Assembly: GCA_010405405.1 (NCBI GenBank)
Contig: MU004238.1
Coordinates: 1,871,530 to 1,935,529 of the forward strand
Direction of reading: 5' to 3'
Origin: Microthyrium microscopicum
Taxonomy: Eukaryota
DNA: 64,000 nucleotides
Below, piece after piece: positions 11,690 through 22,353 of the stretch. Every line of letters starts with the position of its first letter. Within the stretch, counting starts at the first letter, position 1. The notes beneath the pieces are model-generated. The model was not told the origin of the DNA. It saw nothing but the letters and a program-made list of their open reading frames with translations, and made no database searches. The position numbers were made by a program, and so were the translations under genes.

Positions 11690-12030
11690 TAGCTACAGCA
11701 TGCCCCTGTAGGGGCTTATTTTAGGGCCCTTCAGTAGAGCACGCTGTAGGGGCACCTGTAGGCCCTCTAGTAGGGCACGCTGTAGGGGCCCCTGTGAAGG
11801 TGCCTGTAAAGGTGCCTGTGAAGGTGCCTATAGCGTGCCCTACAAAAGGGACAGCTGTAGGGCGTAATTAGAAGGGACAGCTGTAGGGCGTAATCAAAAG
11901 GGATAACGGTATGGTACGATTAAAAGGGACAACGATTAGGCGCGATCGAAAGGGACAAATAGTTACTATAGTGGAATATAGGAATAACAGCTATAGGGCA
12001 CGATTAAAAGGGATAACGGTATAGTAGTAG
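11690..12030 (+). repeat. Subterminal tandem repeats of the large transposon
   Basis: Repeated CTGTAGGGGC-like motifs, GTGCCTGTRAAG repeats and several ~27-bp AAAAGGGACAGCTGTAGGGCGTAAT-like units, increasingly RIP-mutated inward. Confidence 0.8.
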
Positions 12031-12132
12031 GGTATATAGAAATAATAGCTTAACTCCTAAGCTAGTTTGTGGTAGAACGTATAGTAGTAGGGGCATATTT
12101 TAGTATTTCGCTATAGCTAATCCCTAAGCTAT

Positions 12133-12346
12133 TGTGATGATTCCTCTTCATAGGCTTGACAGCGGTCTTGCCCTGGAGGGGCTACCCCTACACGGTGACG
12201 TCATAGTCACGTGCAGGTGGTCTGTGCGCGGATCCTGTCTACTACTTCAGCTCGCCTCCATAGCTCTAGATCTCTCTCTTTCCTAGCTTTGCATTCAATA
12301 TACTATCTTGATCTACTACGGCTCCCGTATCTCCAGGATCCTTACA
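12133..12346 (+). repeat. 5' LTR of the mini-retroelement
   Basis: TGTGATGATT...GATCCTTACA; colinear with 12971-13184 without gaps, 24 transition differences. Confidence 0.95.
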
Positions 12347-12970
12347 TAATGCAAAGCTCTTCAAACTCCAATTCCCGCGCTTACCCCGTGGGAGCAACTT
12401 GCCATCGGTTTGAATAGGCTCTTCAGCGCGCGAAGCAAGCGCGCAGCCATTCCAAAAAGCGCAGAAATTCAGCGCGCAAATTCAACACGCGTCCGTGGAC
12501 GCTCGGACCACCAATGGGCCCCTACGCGTTACGCGCATGCCCCACCAACATTCAAAAACGGCTCCCCTACATTCCAAACTCCCCAATACACGTTTATTCC
12601 TTAGAGTACCGACGCTACGAACGGTCCCTAAGAGGATTTTTGGGTAGTCCCTTAGGAGACAAGAAGAACTAGTAGTTAGCAGGATCCTACCAAAATAATA
12701 GGAGCAGAAGGGATAGGAGCGTTGGCAGATTCCCAAAAAATTCAGGAACGAGCGAAGGATTCTCAGCAATTTCAGCATCCTCAGCCAAAAAAACGGCATT
12801 CCACAGCACACGTTCAATAGCTTCAAAACAACAACACAACGAAGAGGTTTTTCACCTATCTACACGGTTCCTACAAGTTTTCCCCTCCACAGGCAATTTT
12901 CAAAAGGATCTTTTTAGCAAAAGCAGGAGCAGATTTCAGTTTAGGAGCACTAATTTTAAAGGGGGGCTCA

Positions 12971-13184
12971 TGTAATGATTCCTCTTCACAAGCTTAACAG
13001 CGGTCTTGCCCTAGAGAGGCTACCCCTACACAGTGACGTCATAGTTACATATAGGTAGTCTATATACGGATCCTATCTACTACTTCAGCTCGCCTCCGTA
13101 GCTCTAGATCTCTCTCTTTCCTAGCTTTGCATTTAATATACTATCTTAATTTACTACGGCTCCTATATCTCTAGGATCCTTACA
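12971..13184 (+). repeat. 3' LTR of the mini-retroelement
   Basis: TGTAATGATT...GATCCTTACA, preceded by the polypurine tract and followed by GCTAT. Confidence 0.95.
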
Positions 13185-13251
13185 GCTATAAAGGCTTACA
13201 CAACTCGTATTTTTAGCCTTTTTAATAAAGAAGGCTCCCTAATATTAGTAA

Positions 13252-13340
13252 TAATATTAGGTATTAGTAGCTAATATTAGCTATTAGTAGCTAATATTAA
13301 CTATTAGTAGCTAATATTATCTATTAGTAGCTAAAATAGC
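13252..13340 (+). repeat. 20-bp tandem repeat, about 4.5 copies, inside the transposon
   Basis: Units CTAATATTAGCTATTAGTAG with single-base variation. Confidence 0.85.
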
Positions 13341-13364
13341 TACTATCTAAAAATGCGTTATTTT

Positions 13365-13750
13365 TAGCTACTATAGGATAATCTAGCTCTTTAAAAATAT
13401 AGAGCGCTAGATTACGTAATCTAGTACGTAATCATTACGTAACATAGTATGTAATCTAAATATTAAGATCTAGTAATTCCTAGATCTTAATATTACATAT
13501 TAAATACTATAGATTTAAATAGCTTAAGTAGCTACTATAGAATAATTTAGCTCTTTAGATGTAAAGCGCTAGATAACGTAATATAGTACGTAATTATACG
13601 TAATAGGACACGTGACGGCACGTAATCTAAATATTATAATTTAGTAATTCCTAGATCTTAATATTGTATATTAAATACTATAGATTTAAATAGCTTAAGT
13701 AGCTACTATAGGATAATCTAGCTTTTTAGATATAAAGAGCTAGATTTAAA
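13365..13750 (+). repeat. ~164-171-bp tandem repeat, about 2.3 copies, inside the transposon
   Basis: TAGCTACTATAG anchors at 13365, 13529 and 13700, with shared downstream sequence. Confidence 0.85.
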
Positions 13751-14654
13751 GCTAGTCCTAGATTAGTCTAGCTCTACGGATTTAAGGCTCTTAAGTCCTA
13801 AGCTACTTTATAGTATTTAGAGTATAAAATTAGAAGCATTTTTATATTTAGCTATAGCTAAGTTACTAGCTAAGTTATTATAAGTATTTTGCTATTTTAG
13901 CTACTTTATAAAAAAGATAAGAATTTAGCTAGGATTCTATAAGATTAGTAATTATACCTACTAATTCTTATAGTAATTCTAGTTAATTCTTAAGTAAATT
14001 CTATTCTAAGCTATAGTTTAGAGATATATTTACTAAGTCTTAAATTTTTAAATATTAGATATATTTCTACTAGATCTAGCATTAGCTAGACTAGTTACTA
14101 TAAACTAGACCTAAGTTTAAGATAGTTTATTATTAAGTTAAATTTTATATATAGCTTATAATTAGTATAATTATAAAGCTTTATATAATAAGTAGATAAG
14201 AATTTACTATCTAGCTAGCCTAATAATATTAGCTACTAGATTACCTCTAAAACCCTTTTAGGGCCTTTAGTAAAGAATATAATATATTTTATAGTTTATT
14301 CTTTCAAGGTAGCTTAGAAATAAATATTTATATCTTTATAAGAAATACTTTTTCTTAAAAGTAATTTTCTTATTAGTTAAGTTTTATTTATTAACTTAAT
14401 ATTATTATTAGGCCTATATTTTATTCTACTTTCTTTATAAAATTACTAGATAATATATTAGACTTTAATAATTAAATCTACCTAAGTAAATAGTAAAACT
14501 ACTTAAGAAAAAAGTAGTTTAGTTCTACTATAAAAGAAAAGTAGTTTAGTTCTATTTATAAATATAATAAAATTTACTCTATATAAGCTATATTTTATTT
14601 ATCTTAAAAGATAAAATAAAATTATAATTTAGTACTTTCTATTTACGTTAAGTT

Positions 14655-15005
14655 TACTTAAATATAAAATATAAAGGTAATATATACTTAGATTTTATAA
14701 AGGTTTATTTTTACTTAGCTTTTAAGTATAAAATATAGAAGTAGCATATACTTAGATTTTATAAAGTTTTATTTTTATTTAGCTTTTAAGTATAAAATAT
14801 AGGAGTAGTATATACTTAGATTTTATAAGGTTTTATTTTTACTTAGCTTTTAAGTATAAAATATAAAGGTAGTATATACTTAGATTTTATAAAGTTTTAT
14901 TTTTACTTAGCTTTTAAATATAAAATATAAAGGTAGTATATACTTAAATTTTATAAGGTTTTATTTTTACTTAGCTTTTAAGTATAAAATATAGGGGTAG
15001 TATAT
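14655..15005 (+). repeat. 64-bp tandem repeat, about 5.5 copies, inside the transposon
   Basis: CTTARATTTT anchors at 14687, 14751, 14815, 14879 and 14943 (period 64). Confidence 0.92.
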
Positions 15006-17299
15006 TCCTTAAAGAAATAAATATTAGTTTATTTTTTTCTTTTTATTATTTAGTTTCTAGATACTTAGTAAATAATTACTAAGGATAAAAGTAGTAGGAA
15101 TTTATTAATTACTAGTATTCTATAATAAATATTATAGACGAAAAGGATTAGTAATAGTACTAATATTAGTAGCCTTAGTTATTAGAAAGGAAAGCTATAA
15201 AAATTACTAGTTTTTACTTATTTATAACGTAAGTTTAAGATAAAAAGAACTATAATATAAGTACTAAAGTTAGTATTTTTAGTAAATTTAGTAGCTATAA
15301 TTCTATATCTATAGCTATATAGCTATAAATACTAGTTTTAGAATATATTTTAATATAATTTAAAATTAGTAGCTACCTTTAGCTTAATTCCTTTAGATAC
15401 TTATAAAATAATAAATAAGATTAGTTTAGTCTTACTTATTATCTTTTTAAGGCTCTTTAAGTATTTAGAAACTACCTACGATACTAGTTTAGTAGTAATA
15501 TAGAATACGTTAATCTAAAAGTAAAACGTAAGTAAAGTAATATACTAAAAAGCTTTATATAGACTTATTATTATATTAATATAAAAAGTTAAAAGTCTAT
15601 ACTTTAATTAGTATTATACTTATAATAAATTTATTAGTCTTTATTAAGTTAATATTAGTTTAAAAGTCTTAGTTTAAAGTATAATTCTTTTATAGATATA
15701 TAATAGTTAAGTAGTCTATACTTTAGTATTATATTTATATTAAGAACTTATATTTATAAATAGAAAGAATTAAGAAAGGCTTTTTATTTAATTTAGATAT
15801 TAGAATATAATTAAATATTTTAAGCTAGTAAATACTTTTTATATTTATAAGTCTATCTAAACGTATATAATATACTAAGTATTTAGATATTATATATTTC
15901 TTAGTAGCTAAACGTTATAATTATAAAACTTAGAATAAGAATATAAATATATATAGTAGTAATTATAAGAACTAGTAGATAGTAGTACTTTATATATTAT
16001 ACTAAGAAGGGCTTCTTTATATTTTATATTATTTTATATAAACTATTACTAAGAATTATAAGCCTATACTAAGGTCTTTAAGAAAGTAAGTAGGAATATT
16101 AGTATTTTATATTATTTATATCCTTAGTAAAAGAGAAAAGATAAAAATAGTAAAATACTAATCTTAATGCTAATAAATATAGAAGTTATTAGATCTTAGT
16201 ACGAACGTTTTATACTAAGGTAGATTTCTAGACTAATTATTAGTTTAAACTTATATAGTTCTTTAGCTTTTCTACTAATTACTAAGTATCTATAATTATA
16301 TAATAGATTTCTTTTAGCTTACTAATTTTAGATACTTTATGTTCTAAACTAGATTTATAATTTATATAAAATATCTTTTAAGATTAGCTTTATAAAATAA
16401 TTCTAAGACTCTCTTTCTCTCTCTTTCTAAGTTTTCTAAGGTACTCTTCCTTAACTCTTTTTAAGACTAATCTTAGCTCTAGATTTATTAATATTTATTA
16501 ATCTCTTTATTATTAGTTCTTTACTAACTTAATTAATAAGAACGTAGATTTAATAGTATTAAATATAAGAAGTAGGTAAGGTAAATATAAAATTATTTAT
16601 AAGTATTCCTAGCTCTTAAAAACTTACGTTAAATTAAATTAGCTAAATATAATTTATAATTATACTCTTTTATATATATTTTATATTAATAATAAATACT
16701 TTTTACTATAGTAAGTAACTACTAATAAGTATATAAAGATTAAATATAGGATTATAATTTATTTAACTAGTTCTATTAATAATAACTATACTATCTACTA
16801 TAGTTAAGTTTAGGAAAGAAATTATTAGTAAATTAAATAAATGCTTAATAACTAGTTATATATATTTCTTAAGATAACTAGTTTAAGCTTTATAAATAAA
16901 ACGAGGTAAGATAATATTCTCTAGGTAACTTATTACCTATAGTATAGTTCTAGTTATTAGTAGGCTATAAATATAATAGAAAGTAATATATTATTAGCTA
17001 GAATTAGAAGCTAACTATTAGTATATAACTCTATAGAGTATAGAGAGATAAGGGTAAAAAAGCTTTTAAAGCTAAAGATAAAGCTATATTTTATTAAGAG
17101 TTAGCTAACTAATAAAGAGGTAGTTAAAGAGGGACTATTAGAGGTATATTTATCTAGAGAGAATCTAGCTAAAGAGAACTAAGCTAAAGAAGAGCTTACT
17201 AAAGAGAACTTAGCTAAAAAGGAGCTTAAAGACTAGTTTAAAATAAAGTAGTAGTATTATTATTAAGAATTATAAAAGGTTAAGATTAGCTACCTCTAA

Positions 17300-19450
17300 A
17301 TATATACGTAGATATTAATTTTTTAGCTCTTTTAGTAACTAGTTTAGAAATAGAATTATTTACTAGTGCCTTATATTTTACTAATGCCTTATATTTAGCT
17401 AGTTATTTCTTCTACTTCTTTGCCTTAATAAAAATAGTTAGACTAAATACCTTAAAATTTCGTTACTAAGTATATTTAGTAATTTCTTTAAATTTAGTAT
17501 TAAGATAGTTTAGCTACTCTAAGAATTCTAGTAATAGATTAGTATTAAGCTTATTTAGGATAGGTTACTAAGTATCTATAGAAGCTAGATCTACTAAGAT
17601 AATATTCTCTTAAGAAATAGTAGTATTAATATTCTTTAAAAGTAATACTTACTAATTTATAAAAAGAATTAGTAATATTAAATCTACTAAAGTACTTTTA
17701 TTATTAAGAGCTACTAGGTTAAAGATATAGGCTTTTTAATTACTATAAAGCATAAAAGCTTCTATCTTAAGTTCTTCTTCTTAGTCTTAATAGAAAGGCA
17801 TAGTTTTCTAATTTAAGAGATTAAGATCTCTAGAAGTAATATTTTTAATACTTAGTTATATAAGATTACTTAAGCTATTAGCTAGAATTAAGATCCTAGT
17901 ATATTTAAAAACTTATATAATTATTTTTTTTTATCTTAATATAACTTATTATTAGCTTATACTATAATATAAGTAATTAAAATATAACGTTCTCTAATAG
18001 GCTAATTAGTAATATTCTTAAAAAGATTATTATAATAGGCTCTTTCTTCTATAAGATTTATAACTTTAGCCTTAAAAGGCTTATTATAGCTAACGTCTAA
18101 GAGTTATAATAGAGAGGTTATACTAAGGGAGATAATATAGATAATAGTCTAGTAATATTTATACTATTACTTAACTCTAGTATCTTTATAAAAAGAAGTA
18201 TAATCTATAACTAAGAGTAAGTCTAGTAAGCTAAAAGATAGAATAAGATATTTATTAATTTTTATAAAGTAGTCTTCTAGTTAAGAGTATTTTTTAGCCT
18301 AAAGGTTATATAAGTTAAATAGACTTTTAAACTTTAGAAAGGCTTTATAAAAAGTATCTTATTATTTAGAAGAATCTCTTACTTTATAGTAGTACTAAAG
18401 TTATTTATAAATATAGGCTTAAATAACTAATAAATATTACTTATTAAGCTATTCTAAGATTAACTTTTTATTTCCCTAGGTAATTAAATTAAACTTAACT
18501 ACTATATCTTTAAAGTATTTTATATCTTTTTACTTAAAAATTAAGCTAATTATATTAGTTAGCTCTCCTTTAAAAATAATTAAGGGCTTAACTTAGGATA
18601 CCTTATTAGCAAAAATATAAAGCAAAACTATAAGTTATTTTTTTTCTTAGCTACTAATAGTAGTACTTTAGTTTACTAATTTAGCTTTTTTATTAGTATA
18701 GACGTAGCTAAAGAAGTACTTATAACTTAAAGGTATTTTATTAATATTATACTTAAGGTAATCTAGTATTAAACCTTTAATTAGAATTTTTTTTAGATTA
18801 GATAGATTTAAATAAACTCCTTAGAAAGTAATAATACTATTTATAACTTATTAAATAAAGTAATAAAAAGATATAACTTGCTAAATCTAATCTATAAGCT
18901 TTTTCTAGGCAATATATATTATTCTTTAGTAAATAATATTATATTAAATAAAGAATTATTAATATTAGTAAGGTAATAATTTTAGCCTAGATTTAAAAAA
19001 GCTTTTATTAATTTAAGTAGCGTAAAGGATAGGCTAGTAGTAGTAAATCTCTTATTTAAACTAGTTAACTAAAACTCTATATTTCTAATTAACTTATTTA
19101 TAAAAAGCCTTATAGACTACTATCTTTAGTATTAGGAAGAATTCTTAGTTTATTTAGTTAATTTGCTTATCTCTACTTAAAACTTAGTTAAAGAGTATTT
19201 ACTAATAAAACTAGCGTTAGATAGTAGACTTACTAAGTTTAAAATACTTTCTAGTTTCTTAAAAGAAGGTAGATTAATAAAGTTTTTAGGTATCTTTATT
19301 TATCTAATAACCTAGAGTTAGTCCTAAATAATTCTAAATAGGTTTATTAGAGGCCTAAATTCTCTAAGCTAATTACTAGCTAAGTATATATATTTATTCT
19401 TTTATACTCTATTAGCTCTCTTTCTTTTCTATTCTTACTATAGGTATAGT
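17300..19450 (-). pseudogene. RIP-destroyed pogo/Tigger-type DDE_1 transposase (ends approximate)
   Basis: Minus frame reads YNINKIP at ~18750 (for NxDETP), FANKVS*VKPLIIFKG at ~18600 (for FADG...KPLIIFKG), LLLVIDYTSFYK at ~18200 (for LVMDxxSFHK) and IISLSITSLL*LLDVSYNKPFK at ~18075-18140 (for IPPGxTSLLQPLDVxxNKPFK). These differences are explainable by C>T/G>A changes. Confidence 0.85.
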
Positions 19451-20007
19451 AGTTTTACTACTAAGTAAATCTATAGTAATATCTATTAGTATTTTTTATG
19501 TCTTAAAATATAGAATACTTAAATATAATTAATAACTAATAGTATTATAAAATACCTCTCTAGCTAGTATTTTTATTAGTAATTAATATTTTTTTAGTTA
19601 TATTTTATAAATATATAAAAGGCTTAATATTTTAATAAGTTATTTAGATCCTAGTAAGAAAGAAAAGATATTATAATTTAAAGATATAATATCTTTCTAT
19701 TCTCTTAATCTTATCCTTTTTTAAAATCTTTTATCTTATATTTTGGTATTTTATAAGTATAAATATTATCTACTTAAAAAATTATAATAGAGACTTTTTG
19801 CTTAATAATTATTAGTTTAAAAGAGGTATATATAGCTTTTAAAAAGCTATACTCTACTATTTTATCCGTGTTTTATAAAGTAGTTTAAAGTAGTAAAGAT
19901 AGTAAGTAATCTATAATTTCTTATATAATATGTCCTTTATACCTCTAGAGAACCCCTTTTGCCCCTATTAAGCCTAGCTAAGATGCAGAAATTACGTTTA
20001 AATCTGG

Positions 20008-20041
20008 CGCTACCGTGGCCCAACTAAAAGGGTAAAAACGG
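20008..20041 (-). repeat. Right terminal inverted repeat of the large DNA transposon
   Basis: CGCTACCGTGGCCCAACTAAAAGGGTAAAAACGG followed by TA. Confidence 0.93.
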
Positions 20042-22353
20042 TAGAGTATCAACTGAAGAGATCTACATGCATGGGTACATGAATGATCTTCTCTTCCCTA
20101 GCTTCTTACCCCAGATGGTCGTTTGGCAGTATACCTTGATAGGACTTTGGTGTATACTACTAAGCAGTAGAGGAACAAGGTCAAGTTTGAAGTACAGATG
20201 CTTCGGAGTGATTCCTTGTCAACCTTGTCGTCTCCACGTCAACTTTCCCGGATTTCAGATCCTCAGCAAACGTGTTCCGGGTTAAAAATCCCTTCATCTG
20301 ATGCACAAAATTTGTTCTGTACGTGGCTTTTTTGTGTAATGCTTGAATGCCTTCTCTTAAACTTTTATAGGATGAAGTCATTTGTACTATTGGTCACTTG
20401 AATTTCACTCATCTCGGAATTGTGGCGATTATTCAACGGCTACACGCACAGTCTGGGAGTACAAAATTGGATCTATAATTTCTATCCGAGGGCTGAGACC
20501 GGGTAACCAGGTCGTAAACTCGAGGGGTTTATCTTTGAATCAACTATTCTCCGTTTAGCTTATCGTATTTGTCGATGGTTGTAGTACAGAGTGTGGATGG
20601 ACCTTCTATGCATTTGCTCTAAATACAACAGGTCGCTATCAAATATCATACAGGTTGATCCCGACAATGTCAACAGTGAGACTGAAATGACTCTAAATGC
20701 ACTGTGAGTATAGCTTATTATCAGAATTGCTAGGCTCCAATAAGTCTAGCCAGGAACAGGATCTCTGTTTAGCTTTAACATACCAACAACACTACTACCT
20801 TAAGTAAAGATTCTTTCGCTCGCTTACAGTAGTATCCAGAAGTTATCGTACAAGTTGTAGTTGTAGTTAAAGTTTAATATGGTACGCTTGGGCTACTAGT
20901 ACTAAACAGTGAAGAGTACGGATGGCTTCCGCATTGTTCTAGAGCTCCCTCAAGGATCAAAAGTTCCAACACTTGCAATTGGTTAGTTTATATCGTGACG
21001 CCTCCTTTTTTTGATTCTTTGGCGTTTTGCACCACATCTCAACCTTGATCTGTGATCTGATCTGAGTTGTTCCAACTCCATGTTGCAAACTTGCAATCTC
21101 ATCACGTTCAGGAGTCTCAAGCAAGACTTTTCCATACACTAAATACGTTGGGCCCCCTGTCACTCACCTTTCACGATCGACGCTTTTCGTGGATCCGGCG
21201 CCACAAGGCGTTGAATGTGGACTTGATTTAGCATGGTCAATGGACCGGCTGCAGAGTGCGGCTGTCCGTGAACGCCGCATGCTTCCATTTCTCCTTGTGT
21301 TTTGAAGGTTGAAACAACGCCATGCCCCTGGTTGCCATTCCCTGTCCCCTTTCTGGCTGTTGGCTTTTCCTTTCCATCTCCCATCACCTCCTTTGTGTCT
21401 TGGTTCAACTTTGCCAGCTTCGCCAGCTTCTCGACAGTCTGCGAGCCTAGCCCAAGCCTTGCTCCACTGCTAAAATTGTCCCTATCCGTCCGTGCAAGGT
21501 GTAAACTTCGTGATGGATCTTGTGGCCCCGACTTACTGTACTGCTTCTACCCTGCGTGATTGTTCATGTTCTCTAGAGGAGTCGTGTTGCCCATATTGAT
21601 CTTGACCACTCATCTTCATTCAAACTACTCTATCCCGGTATCCTGCATTTTGCTTACAGTCGGTCGTTCAAATTCGTCAATTGGTCCCGCGTCATGGGCA
21701 GTCAAGGCAGCGTATAGTAGGATCTTTAGACACTCGACAATTCTACCTACCTCCTGAAACACAAACTCGTCCCCAATGGCTCCATGAGTAGTCCTCGAAC
21801 CCCTTCCACGTCGCGACTGGCCTTCCCTCACCTCTCTCTCTCTTTCCAATCCAACAAACACCCACGTTCGTTTCATACCTCCGACTATGCCATTCTTTTA
21901 ATATCTCCGCATCTAATGCCAGTGCTTAATCCTCCGAGCCTGTAGCATTTCTTATTTTACACCACTCATCAATCAACGCCTTCTTTTGCCTTGTTCAGAG
22001 CACCATCATCCCGTTGTCACACCCGACCTGTCCCCTCTTCTCAAAGGACTCGACGTCGCATTCAATACTATCCTGCGCGTGGTCGCAGTTAGCCTTCTGC
22101 CCGTTTCGTCGTGCTTTGCAGAACAAGACTGGTTTCTGCATACTGTGACTTTCCCTCCTTGGCCTTGGGGTAACTGGTTTCAAAGAGACCAGTCGCATTA
22201 GTTTTGCTGCGACTCACCTTGATGCCTTTTAGTTCCACCGTCGAAAAGTACACAGTCTCGATACCATCGCTGCCGAATACATCCATTTGTATAGGACTCG
22301 ACTTCATCGCCATCTCCATGTCATCTTCATGAGGAGAATCGTCGCTCCCCGCA

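Larger units (their letters stand above)
12133..13184 (+). mobile_element. Non-autonomous LTR mini-retrotransposon (TRIM-like), 1052 bp
   Basis: Two 214-bp TG...CA LTRs (12133-12346, 12971-13184) and a 5-bp duplication GCTAT (12128-12132, 13185-13189). Purine tract AAAGGGGGG at 12958-12966. The 624-bp interior has no recognisable gag/pol frame. Confidence 0.95.
11572..20041 (-). mobile_element. Large RIP-inactivated Tc1/mariner-superfamily (pogo-like, DDE_1) DNA transposon with cargo and a nested LTR mini-element
   Basis: 34-bp TIRs: CCGTTTTTACCCTTTCAGTTGGGCCACGGTAGCG at 11572-11605 and its inverse at 20008-20041 with one transition. TA on both sides (11570-11571, 20042-20043). Interior is extremely AT/TpA-rich and holds a transposase relic on the minus strand. 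Confidence 0.92.

Noticed and set aside
14655..15005. CRISPR-like array
   Set aside because: Eukaryotic context, contiguous units with no unique spacers and no cas genes.
13190..19950. Centromere, organellar insertion, Starship or Helitron explanation of the AT-rich block
   Set aside because: The block is bounded exactly by TIRs with TA duplication, contains DDE_1 motifs and has RIP-type TpA excess. No tyrosine recombinase, helicase or organellar genes were recognised.
11080..20056. AGAGTATCAACTGA repeated at 11080 and 20043 as a long target duplication
   Set aside because: The left copy is about 480 bp from the element end, the TA duplication already explains the insertion, and a 14-mer match is expected by chance in 64 kb.
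11180..20400. Host gene split by the large transposon
   Set aside because: Joining the flanks at the TA gave no continuous frame or recognisable motif in the minus-strand frames I checked.
20957..22350. Short ORFs upstream of the PH-domain gene
   Set aside because: No recognisable domains or consistent exon chain; the pyrimidine-rich + strand fits a promoter or 5' UTR.
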